A stretch of 64,000 bases of DNA. Source: Vermamoeba vermiformis. Taxonomy: Eukaryota. The notes under the pieces are model-generated. The model searched no databases. It was given only the letters and a program-made list of their open reading frames with translations, and was not told the DNA's origin. Made by a program: the position numbers and the translations under genes. This document shows positions 1 to 10,123 of the stretch, piece by piece. The stretch covers positions 1 through 64,000 of the forward strand of contig JBEWZL010000135.1 in assembly GCA_045837725.1 (NCBI GenBank), written 5' to 3'. Each line of letters starts with the position of its first letter. The stretch's first letter is position 1.

Positions 1-706
1 TATGCTGTATTAGAAATGTAAGCATAATGTAAATAAAGTTGTAATTACCATAATCGATAGTAAATTCTTCTCCTTTTGCAATATCTCTTTTAGCCTTAAT
101 TCCGCGGTACTGGCATGCTTCCTTTGTGCTCCAAAATAATTCCCAGCGGCAATTTGGACTTTCAGAGTGGTTTATCCACCTTCCATATCCTCTGGGATCA
201 TTTAGGTGTGACTTGCCATCAATAATGAAGGTTCCATCATCTCGAACGTACGTGGCATCCAGCAGTTGATCTCGGTATTCCTTTGAGAGGACTTTCCCAA
301 GGTAAAGGGTTACCAATTCGTTAGCCTTGTAATCCCTAGTTGCAAACAGCCCTGGAAACTGTAAGTTAGTACGAGAACACACTTAGGTCGAGAATGCAGA
401 TGCATTTAAAAATCAACAAAAAATAATTAAAATCAAATACAATATATAAATGATACCTTTTCCCTCAATAGGTGAATTGCTGATGATTGGTGCAGGCTTT
501 TCTGCGGTCGAGCTGGTGAATTCTTGGACAAGTGGATCTGCTGCTTCTCCTGCTTTAGAAAGGGATTTTGCGCATGAGGCGCATATAGTGTTCTTCTTTC
601 TACCTTTAATGTTAATGTTGGCTGTAGCAGAACACTCCCATTCTGGCCTCAATTTCCGCCAGCCCGATGAGGTTGTGGTCTTGCATATAACACAATATCC
701 TCTCAT
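1..706 (-). CDS. C4 (GATA-like) zinc finger + SET-domain lysine methyltransferase; 3' end runs off the window
   Basis: Exon 706-457 encodes MRGYCVICKTTTSSGWRK...ICASC...SPIEGK. Splicing GT(456) to AG(352) gives SPIEGKGLFATRDY. Exon 351-49 then encodes GYGRWINHSESPNC and AKRDIAKGEEFTIDY, the canonical SET motifs (GxG, RxxNHS..PN, GEE.T.DY). A further intron lies at 48-5. Confidence 0.85.
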
Positions 707-883
707 TTTAGCAATATGCACATGTGTATTACAGTTATTAATAAAGGTATACATTAACGAAATAAGAATTTGATGCTTGTATAACACAAAAAAATTGGAG
801 CAATCCATTGAAGCAAATGCACCTGCTAATTATGAGGTGCAGGTGCAGGTGCAGGTGCAGAAATCAGACAAATTTACGAAAAT

Positions 884-1867
884 TTATTTGTCTTGTTCTT
901 TAGCACAAAGTGCTTGCACCAAATATTTTCCCCAATCTTCGACAACTGATTGAAGAATAAAAAGAGCAATACCACTCCATTCGACATCTTCTCGACCCTT
1001 GGTAAAATTTTTTGTGATCGTCAGAACGCCCCTTTGGAACTCGTGCTTATCCACCTCAAGTTGTGCGTCCTCCTTTAGCCATTCAACTATCTGTCTAGGG
1101 TCTTCTTTAAACAGATGTTAGCATAATTAGTTGTTGGAGATTTAAAAGGTTAAACTTGCCGGATGAAATCTCTGCGATCGCCGTGGATAAATCTTGCTCG
1201 CTATCTTCTTCCAATTGCTGCTCTGTGGTTTGGCTGTCAGCAATTGTTGTTGAATTGAGCTCGATCTTTTTTTGTGGCTCTAATGTCTCGTGTTCAAGCT
1301 TCCTTTTCTTTGTTGCGGGCATATCCTCTTCAATCAATGATCTAATTGCCGATTGTGGATAATGTCTATCTTTCACCTCCATTTCTTCATCTATTTCTTC
1401 ATCAATGGCCACGGATTCATCAACATACTCTTTGAGGCTACCAACACGTCCTTTCGTATTGAATCTAACATTAACTGGCTCGTCATTATTATTAGCATAA
1501 TTTTCATTAATTTTTTCACTTTTCTTCGGCTTTGTTTCTTCAACGTGTATCTCAAATTCTTCTTCGATGAGCAGATTATCTTTACTTTCATCCTCATTTA
1601 CCAATTTTGTTTTTGTTGCAGGTGAAATTGGTGGAGGTTTTCTCTTTACTTGCTTTTGACTATAAAATATTACGTAATGTTCATTAAATATTAAATTATT
1701 ACTTACTATATCGGTATATTATCTCGAGATTTGGCTACTATAATTTTTGAAGGAAATACATAAATTGGTTGTGGGCTGGTTTTAGGAATCATAGCAATCC
1801 TCGTGGATCTTCTTCTTTTACCAACTCTTCTTCTTTTTGACTCATCTCCGCTTTCACTACTTGACAT
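884..1867 (-). CDS. Orphan acidic/basic protein with NLS-like motifs (3 exons)
   Basis: ATG at 1867 (MSSSESGDESKRRRVGKRR), ORF 1107-1604 (PATKKRKLE), last exon ending EQDK* at 884. The second intron appears to use a GC donor. No recognised domain. Confidence 0.6.
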
Positions 1868-1926
1868 TTTGTTGCCGTTTACAAGGCGTAAAAAATTAAA
1901 AAAATATGTTTTAGTAAATTCGAATC

Positions 1927-3171
1927 ATGAAGAAAAACGACAGGTAAAAGGAAAGTGACATGAATGTCACTAACATTTAATTAAAAGGTACAATCTGATA
2001 GATGGAGCTTTGTTCGATAGAACAGCTCGTAAGATATGGGTGTCGAATGTTTGGATCGCTGGCGTGTCCTCTGCAGATCCACCAAAAATTTCAAAACTAA
2101 TTTCGGACAAATACTCAAAGCTAGGTAAGTGCAATTAATATTTATTTGAATCGTAATACTAAGAAATTGATTTTAATTTTATTTTTTTATTCAACCAGAT
2201 CAGTCTTGGTTTATTCGAAAGCTCAATATTGAAACGCCTCAATCCATTAATTCTTTGAATTGGGTGGAATTGAGCACTGCACTGAAGATATTTGGAGAGA
2301 TTGACTCAGATCCAGCAGTCGTAACCGAACAAATTAAGTAAGTTTTTTATTATGTTTTATTTCTCAAATTGAGTCTAATACCAGTTATACTAGTAAAATG
2401 ATCAAATTATTCGAAGTGGCAAATGATTTCAAGGTTGAATGGATCAAAAGGAAGAGACAAATTAAGTTGACACGAACTTATTCTGGCAATTCGGTGGAGA
2501 CAGTAGTCAGTTTTAAGGCAGCTGCCACCACAGGCACTGCATCAACAAAGCCATGGCGGGCACATGTTGTGCCCAAATCACAACATGAGGAGGAGGAGAT
2601 TAGAGAGGAGCAAGATGCTATGGACAACATTGTCAAGTACGCTGGCATTCTATTACAAATTCATTCAACAGTTATTGCCAATGTTTATGGAGTAAGTACA
2701 TGTAAGTATAACATTAATGATCGGGCTAACCATTTTATTAAGATCGAAGATGCCACAGATGAAGTGCTAGCAAAAGATCCAACTTTTGGGGAGAATGTAA
2801 ACTTAGAGAGCCTACAACAAACTCGAGGTATGCTGAAAGGCATTACGCAGGATGAAACGGCCCAGTCATGTCAAGTTTGGGGGTACCAGCCAAATTTAAA
2901 GGCAATAGCAGATCCCAACTTTGATACTTGCCATTGGTTTCAGGGCTTGTACCCTCCGACAGTAGCCGAAGTTGCACAAGCACATGCACATGAACATGCA
3001 CCTGCACCTGCACCTGCACCTGCAGATGAGTCCCTCGATAGTGACTTGCTGGTGCACGAGGATTCATCATTATCAGAATATGTCCCCATGGACGAAGATA
3101 TTGGAGATGATGATGCTAGTAGCAGTGATAGTGTTGAAATGAGCTATTCTCGTTCTAGCGATATTTTGTAA
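1927..3171 (+). CDS. Orphan protein, possible N-terminal DNA-binding domain, acidic C-terminus (4 exons)
   Basis: In-frame spliced reading MKKNDRYNLIDGALFDRTARKIWVSNVWIAGV...LNWVELSTALKIF... joins ORF 2398-3171. AATAAA follows the stop. Confidence 0.6.
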
Positions 3172-3230
3172 ATAAATAAAAATTGTAGTTGTTCGGTACA
3201 TTTTTTTTGTTGCAGAATCCAAACAAACTC

Positions 3231-4099
3231 ATGGCTTCATCTTTTAAAAAGTACTGTATCAATCCAATATTCATTATTACTCTATGTTGTAGTATTAACA
3301 ATGGTTTTCATCGCAGATCTGGACAAACTAGGAGAAAGCTTACTTTTTGCTCTGTTGAAATACAAGCAGTCTCAGAGCCTGGTGGAAATCTCTTCATCTC
3401 AGATTTGGTGAGTTTCAATTTAAATTAAGCATTTCTACAATTTTAAATTTTGTTTTCTTAATTCGAGAACTATTTTATTTAAATTAAATAATTAATTATT
3501 CTTCATTTAATTACTCAGAAAGCCTACCCTGATATTCCGGGCCTCCTTACAATAGGTATAAAATTGCTGGACCCTTGCAACTTAGATCCGATCCACATTG
3601 TACGTCCGTCAAAGTTTGACTTGGTCGACAAGAGCAGATTAATGGCCAATTTTCATCTTGCTTGTGGAGTCTCTCTGCTGTGCGATTGGTTTGCAAAAGA
3701 ACAAAACAGCTCTGTGATGGCAAGATGTTGAATTACTTGGCTTCAAAGGGGAAGATCAAGTACATGATGGCACTTGTCGCTCAAGGAGTTGAACCTACCA
3801 GCGATACATGTGAAGCAGCTGCTTTACATGGTCAACTTGCCAGCCTGATCTACTCGCATACAGTTCTTCGTGCCCCTCTCGGAGTTTCTTTGGAGGCTGC
3901 AGCCATTGGAGATCATGGGTGTATAATTGATTACGCCGTTTTTGTTGGTTGGAACACTGGTACTTCTCTCTGGCAAATTGCTGCAGCTCATCGATCGTCC
4001 TCTGTACTTCGGGTGATCGTGAATGCAAATCATCATTGTGATCTCTATGCCATAAAGAAGATGTCACTGGACTTGTATAATGAGGTTATGCAAGAATAG
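3231..4099 (+). CDS. F-box-like + degenerate ankyrin-repeat protein (Pandoravirus/amoeba type)
   Basis: Four exons splice in frame. SLSAVRLVCKR is F-box-like, and TCEAAALHGQLASLIY and LEAAAIGDHGCIIDY are ankyrin-like repeats. Confidence 0.65.
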
Positions 4100-4365
4100 T
4101 CAGAATAAAAAAATTACCTTTGCGACAGGTGCAGGTGCAGGTGCATGTACAAGTGCAGGTGCAGGTGCATGTGCACCAGTACCAATGAGATGCACGCACT
4201 GGTGCACTGTTTATCTGAAAGGTTCTGCAGCTTCCAGAAACAATTCAAGTAAATATTTATGTGCTAAATACTTTTATGTGCATAATATAACTGAAAATAT
4301 CCAGCTCTCGTGACTTTGTGACTAACTGTATTTTTTGTTCAAAATATAGACAACTAAGGATAATT

Positions 4366-5020
4366 ATGGAACAGACGTATCGTGCCCAGCTTCAACGAGT
4401 GAATGAGCGCATTGAGCGCCTTGATTTCAAGATGTATATTGCAACACTCCGGATCAAAATGAGTATCACCTCCTTCATTGCGTGTAAGCATCTAATTAAT
4501 TTCAACAATATTATATATAAGACATATTCCACACTTTATTTTCATTAAAATACAAAGTAATTATATTTATGAATTGCAATTTATTTTTTTTAAATTCAGG
4601 TGCAACTCGGGATCACAATTTCGTTCCGCAGTCTCTCAGCATTAGTGAAGAGTATCAAAGAGCAAGAGAGCAGTTCCCAAACCACCACTTGTAAGTAAAA
4701 AATTATTTTTTTAATTTTTATTTCTAATATTTTTTTGCATAGTTTTTTGCAACATCCCGATGCCATCCATGCAACCACTCTGTACATGAGGGCCGCCAAG
4801 TTACGAGAACGCACTAGAATCAAGCTGGTTGGCGAACAAGCCAAGAGAGACGAAATCATTCGCTCCCTTATTGAGTGTAAGTACTTCTTTGTTTAAAAAA
4901 TTATTCTTTATTGTTTAAAACATTCCTATAGACCTTACAGGGCAGAATGTTGAGGCAGAGGGCCTATTGGTTGACCTCGACCAAGAACTGGCAGCTCGTG
5001 GTTATGTCCAACGCGAGTAG
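4366..5020 (+). CDS. Small multi-exon orphan coiled-coil protein
   Basis: MEQTYRAQLQRVNERIERLDFK start, several short exons with GT/AG boundaries, ends GYVQRE* at 5020. Confidence 0.45.
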
Positions 5021-5220
5021 TGTCTTCCAGCATGTAGCTTTTGTTCTTTGTTTAAAATAAAGAATTAAACTCGTTAATTAGCGTTTTCTTACTTGGCTAC
5101 GTGGTTGTGGCATGGTAGGTGCATGTGCAGGTGCATGTGCAGGTGCAGGTGCATTTTATGTTTTGGAGCTTGCTGCCAGAGGCTTCGGTTCCATGTTTTT
5201 TCTTTGAAACTACAGATTCT

Positions 5221-5388
5221 CAGAATTTCCTAATATGGTAATTGAGGCACGTGGAGACCGTCGGACGCGTCAGACGCCCTTTTCCAGTACATGAAATTTT
5301 TTTGCAAAGTAATTCTTCTGACAATTCCCAGAATTTCCTAATATGGTAATTGAGGCACGTGGAGACCGTCGGACGTGTCGGACGCCCT
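5221..5388. repeat. 60-bp direct repeat, 2 copies (5221-5280, 5329-5388)
   Basis: cagaatttcctaatatggtaattgaggcacgtggagaccgtcggacg(c/t)gtc(a/g)gacgccct; 58/60 identical by eye. Confidence 0.9.
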
Positions 5389-5540
5389 CCCCCCTTTACA
5401 TACCCTAACATCTTCCCCAAGCACAAAGACTACAGTCCAAAGTCGAACCTATGTGCCATCATCTCTAGACTGTTTGCCTCTCTTACGTACTTCCCCATTC
5501 TAATAGTATTAGCTTGATTGATGCAACACCTCTTTGCTTG

Positions 5541-6150
5541 AGGCCGTCAGACCGTCTGACGCACCCCCCCCTTGCCAGAGGCCGTCAGACCGTCTGACGC
5601 ACCCTCCCTGTCCCAAGGCCGTCAGACTGTCTGACGCACCCCCTCCTTGCCAGAGGCCGTCAGACCGTCTGACGCACCCCCCCTTGCCTGAGGCCGTCAG
5701 ACCGTCTGATGCCCTTTGCTGCCCCAGTGCAGGAAAAGGGGGTGCCTGTGCATGTGCAGGTGCAATGCCTTTGCACCTGAGGCCGTCAGACCGTCTGACG
5801 CACCCCCTATTCCAAGGCCATCAGACTGTCTGACGCACCCCTCCTTGCCAGAGGCCGTCAGACCGTCTGACGCACCCCCCATGTTCCAAGGCCGTCAGAC
5901 CGTCTGACGCACCCCCCCTATTCCAAGGCCGTCAGACCGTCTGACGCACCCCCCCTCCTTGCCAGAGGCCATCAGACCGTCTGACGCACCCCCCCTTGCC
6001 TGAGGCCGTCAGACCGTCTGACGCCCTTTGCTGTTGCAGTGCATGACTGAGGGTGCAGGTGCATGTGCATGTGCAATGCCTTTGCACCTGAGGCCGTCAG
6101 ACTGTCTGACGCACCCCCCCATCCCTAGGCCGTCAGACGGTCTGACGCCC
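5541..6150. repeat. Tandem array of 14 copies of the 17-bp palindrome CGTCAGAC-N-GTCTGACG, ~37-bp period
   Basis: Cores start at 5545, 5583, 5620, 5658, 5695, 5784, 5819, 5856, 5893, 5930, 5970, 6007, 6095 and 6131, with C-rich linkers. Two related ~70-bp TGCA-rich linkers split the array 5+7+2. Confidence 0.95.
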
Positions 6151-6570
6151 TCCTGCTGCACCAAGAACAAGGTTACCCATGTTTGAAGTACAATTTTATT
6201 TTAAAAACTGGCCAGCCCTGGCCCTAAACACCCTTTAATTGGTCAAATTCAGCTCTGCGAGAGGAAAAAATCAATGACGGGTTTTTACAAGGGTTGCAGC
6301 TCCATGATGTTTACGTTGGCATCACTTACACTCTTAAAATGTATGTTAATTCGAATTAGGCTTTTTAATAATTGGCTTACAGGCAACTGCAAATCAAAGA
6401 CTTGGATGGTGATGAGACAGAGAGTGAGAATGAAGAGGACAACTTGTCAGTCAAATCCGATGTTACAATTCGGAGAAAACTTTGTAAAAAATTTAAAAAA
6501 ATGGCACAACAATACAAGATAAATAAATTTAGTTAATCAAAGTTTATTTTATTAAGATGAGGTTTTGATT

Positions 6571-7130
6571 GAGGTTGCATCCTCCTGGACAACGACCTTC
6601 CTTGCCGAACAAGGTCGCATCCTCTTGGACGACAACCTCCCTTGTCGAACGAGGTCGCAACCTCCTGGACAACATCCTCCCTTGCCGAACAAGGTCGCAT
6701 CCTCTTGGACGACAACCTTCCTTGCCGAACGAGGTCGCATCCTCTTGGACAACAACCTCCCTTGTCAAATGAGGTCGCATCCTCCTGGACGACAATCTTC
6801 CTTGTCGAATGAGGTTGCATCCTCCTGGACGACAACCTTCCTTGCCGAACGAGGTCGCATCCTCTTGGACGACAACCTCCCTTGTTGAACAAGGTTGCAT
6901 CCTCTTGGACAACAACCTTCCTTGTCGAAAGAGGTTGCATCCTCCTGGACGACAACCTTCCTTGTCGAACAAGGTTGCATCCTCCTGGACAACAACCTTC
7001 CTTGCCAAACGAGGTCGCATCCTCTTGGACGACAACCTTCCTTGTCAAACGAGGTCGCATCCTCTTGGATGACAACCTCCTGTCAAAATGAGGTTGTGTC
7101 CTGTTGGACAACAACTTGCCGTCTAAACAA
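6571..7130. repeat. 40-bp tandem repeat, 13 copies plus 1 degenerate
   Basis: Consensus GAGGTCGCATCCTCTTGGACGACAACCTTCCTTGTCGAAC with an exact 40-bp period from 6571 to 7051. Confidence 0.95.
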
Positions 7131-7519
7131 GGTGAAAGGAGGTCACATCCCCTCACGCGGCAAGAAAAGCCCCAGAGGGCCACTAACAACCCCATAACCC
7201 ATAGGGTGGGCAACCCTAAATATATATAAAATTTACTATTCCCTTCCCTGTCTGCAAATATTGAACTTAGGACATCTTTGCAGATTTTCCTTTTCTTGGG
7301 CAGCATCTGGGCTGTTTTTTGTTGTCGAGTGTGGTGTTGCATTTGTGAGGGTGAGTAAAATGAAATTTTTTTGTTTCCAAACATTACTATTGAATTTCCT
7401 CCCTTTTTATTTAGGGAGGATATTTTTTCCCTCCCTGGCTCAGAGAGGGAAAGTTTTCTGCAAATGTTGCTTCTCGAGTTGAAAATCCCTTACTGCTTAG
7501 CAGTTTGTCTTGGAGGGAA

Positions 7520-7696
7520 TGGGGGGGAAACCCCCCCACACCCCCCAGCAACATTTTTTTCCTTTCATAGCCCAGGATGTTTTGATCTGTGCTTCGTTTC
7601 CTGATGCAATTTGTCCAAATTCGAGTCTCTAGAACATTTTCCATGATTGGAGACATTGGGGGGGAAACCCCCCCACACCCCCCAGCAACATTTTTT
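7520..7696. repeat. Duplicated 40-bp element containing a G7-AAA-C7 hairpin (7520-7559, 7657-7696)
   Basis: tgggggggaaacccccccacaccccccagcaacatttttt occurs twice. Confidence 0.9.
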
Positions 7697-7971
7697 CTCA
7701 TTTTTTCTTTGCTTTTGCCTTGCCGAAACCCCTTCGATCTCTGATTTTGTCCAGATTTTTCCTGATTTTCTGTTGTTTTTGCCTGATTTTCCCTCAATTT
7801 TGGAATTTTCGCCTCAATTTCCTTCGTTTTTCCCTTTGTTCTTTCGAAATCCCCTGTCTCAGGGAGGGATTGCCTTGTAGGGGAAGGGATTTTCATCACT
7901 CCCTGTCTTTCTTGTTGAATTCCCTTCTTGAGCCAAAGAAGGATTGTCTTTCGAAAACGGCTTTCACAACC

Positions 7972-8561
7972 CTAACCCCGATGTTTTTTGATATTTCTCA
8001 TATAAATCCAGTGCAGACTCTTCTTCGGCTCTGGGCTTAATGTCTTCTTTGGCCTCCTCTTCAATCGCATCCACGTGTGTGTCCAAGTCTTCTTCGAAGC
8101 CATCTCTTCATCGTCATAATCCAGCTCCAAGCCTTTGAGGTAATTGACGAATTCTTCTGCCGTGCTCACGTGTTCATTGATTGTTTTTTTTCCGTTAGAT
8201 CTGCTGATCCATGTGTGCAAGATGGAGTTGACCTCTTCTAGTGTCCAATAATTGGTCTTCAATATGGACTTGGCAGGTGAAGTGTCAGTAGTCCAGTGGT
8301 TGATTTGAAGACCTTTGAGTACCTTTGCAGGAGAAGGTTTGTCGGGTAAGTACTTATTCACCCTGGAAAGGAACGAATTAAAACTTATTCCCAGCAATTC
8401 TGCTATGGCAGAGCTATTAAGCCAGTGCTTTTGCCCGTCCGAGGTTGCCAAGTGGAAGTGACTGTGCTGAGAGTTGCACCAGCAAGAGTAAGTTTCTTTT
8501 CTAGTTGAGAGTAAGACAAAATATAATGGTGTAATTCATTTACTTACTTATCAAAGCTCAT
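7972..8561 (-). CDS. Orphan protein with Bro-N/KilA-N-like appearance; probable frameshift near 8105
   Basis: ATG at 8561 splices in frame to ORF 7972-8451 (HWLNSSAIAELLGISFNSFLSRVNKY). The acidic tract DYDDEE continues in another frame as DGFEEDLDTHVDAIEEEAKED. The domain call is resemblance only. Confidence 0.5.
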
Positions 8562-8719
8562 GTGTGTGTTATCGGTTCTTTTGTTAGTTCAATAAAGCGA
8601 TTTTTCATAAAAAAATAAATTTGTTATTTGATCCTACACCACTTTTAATATGTATTGGCAGTAAATTGATGAAAATCATTAATAACATATTAATACCTCC
8701 TACGGAAGTTATTCCTAGG

Positions 8720-9507
8720 TAAGGAATTTCAAACAGCACCTCTCATCACAGCATGCCAGACAAGCAAACAAAAGATGGCTTCAGTGCTCCACAACATCAC
8801 CTGAAGCCCATTGTTCACAGCACCTCTTCAAAGCAAGACACTTCATGTAAGCAAGTTGTCCCCACCGCTAAGAATGGACCTCAGCCATATGCCATACCCC
8901 AGGGTATTATTAGCCATTAAGCCCCCAAAATCAGCCTCATGGTGGAACTTCTTCAAAATGCAGCAGACCCCCAACTTGTGGGCCATGGCAGGATCAATCA
9001 CCACCCAGGATCCTTTGGCTCACCTGATGCAAACAAATGCCAACAGTTGCCCAAAGAGAGCCCCACCCACAAAACATGGTGCCCCCCCTTGTCAAACACC
9101 TACAAAGAGCCACTACCCAACAACGGACAGGTGCCTTTGCCAAATTTTCCAGCAGTGGTACACATTGATAGAAACGGCAAGGATCAGAAGCTCATTGTAG
9201 AGAAGTATCACAATCATCCGAAAGTCAACATAGAGCACATCATTCAAAAGTCAGATGTCTTTGGTGATGATGTTCAGCAGCCACAAACTCCTGCCTCTAA
9301 TGCCAGACCCAACCAGCCTTTAGCATCAAAAAACGTGATTGAAATCACTCAGACTGGCACTGTGGGAGAGCAAAGTACCTTCAGTCTTTGCTCAGACATT
9401 GTCATTGATGATGACAAGGAAATTGTTGTGGCTGAACCAGACAGAGAAGTCATCATCATTATCATGATGATGAATCACCTCCAAAAAAGAAGCACAAGCC
9501 AAATTAA
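8720..9507 (+). pseudogene. Degraded orphan gene with SIM-like motifs and a frameshifted C-terminal NLS
   Basis: ORF 8939-9544 has VIEI, DIVIDDD and EVIII. A shifted frame gives DDESPPKKKHKPN* followed by AT-rich sequence. Upstream frames contain stops, and CpG is nearly absent. Confidence 0.4.
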
Positions 9508-9697
9508 TTATTATTATTATTCCTTTTTTAATTTTAGACCATAGTTAGTGTATTTTTAGTTATCAATAATAATAAATTTTTACTTTCTAACCACCAATCA
9601 CAGGATAAAAACAAGTTGAACATTGCACATACCTTTCAATATCTGAGTCAGTCAGATGGCAGTGGTATCTGAAGGGCATCACCTTGCTTCTCTCTGA

Positions 9698-9910
9698 GTA
9701 CTTGCCTCTTACTATAAACCATTCATTCTTTCCACTGACGCATCCCTATCTGGTACCAGGGTGCAGTCCTCACAGGCTAGTGACAACAGTCCTCCTGAAT
9801 ATGTGATTAGTTACTACTAATGCCTGTTGCTACCAACAGAAAATAAATATTCAATCACTGAACTAGAGGTGTTTACAATGGTAAAGGCTATAGAACATTA
9901 TCACCCCTCT
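9698..9910 (+). mobile_element. Ty3/Gypsy LTR-retrotransposon RNase H relic
   Basis: Translates VLASYYKPFILSTDASLSG..Q...EYVISYY*CLLLPTENKYSITELEVFTMVKAIEHY. This matches the KPF.L.TDAS..G / Y.SR.L...E..YS..ELE RNase H pattern, with an in-frame stop. Confidence 0.85.
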
Positions 9911-10123
9911 ACTATTGCACAAGAATCTCCCTCACATGAGAAGAGAAGGTTGATGACAACTAATAGAGACTTGTTTGCCACTGTTGGTCAACCTCTGCAT
10001 CCATCCACTTGGTCATTCACTTCAATGTGTACCTTCAATTCACCATTACAATTACTGTTCTGCATCACCACAAGTTGTAGCTCAGAGATAACTGGAAACT
10101 TCATTTATTGGGTGCTTTACACA

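Larger units (their letters stand above)
1..10100. mobile_element. Putative integrated island (large DNA transposon or endogenous virus remnant); left end outside the window
   Basis: Orphan genes, structured tandem arrays, island-specific (TGCAGG)n motifs, CpG decay and a nested retroelement relic. No transposase, integrase, capsid or terminal repeat is seen in the window. Confidence 0.5.

Noticed and set aside
5541-6150. CRISPR array (palindromic repeats with spacers)
   Set aside because: Linkers are ~20 bp, C-rich and similar to each other. There are no cas genes and the context is eukaryotic.
5534-7384. Many overlapping ORFs across both tandem arrays
   Set aside because: Artefacts of stop-poor repeats whose periods are not multiples of 3.
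7185-7980. Telomere-like CCCTAA motifs
   Set aside because: Only isolated single units, no tandem tract.
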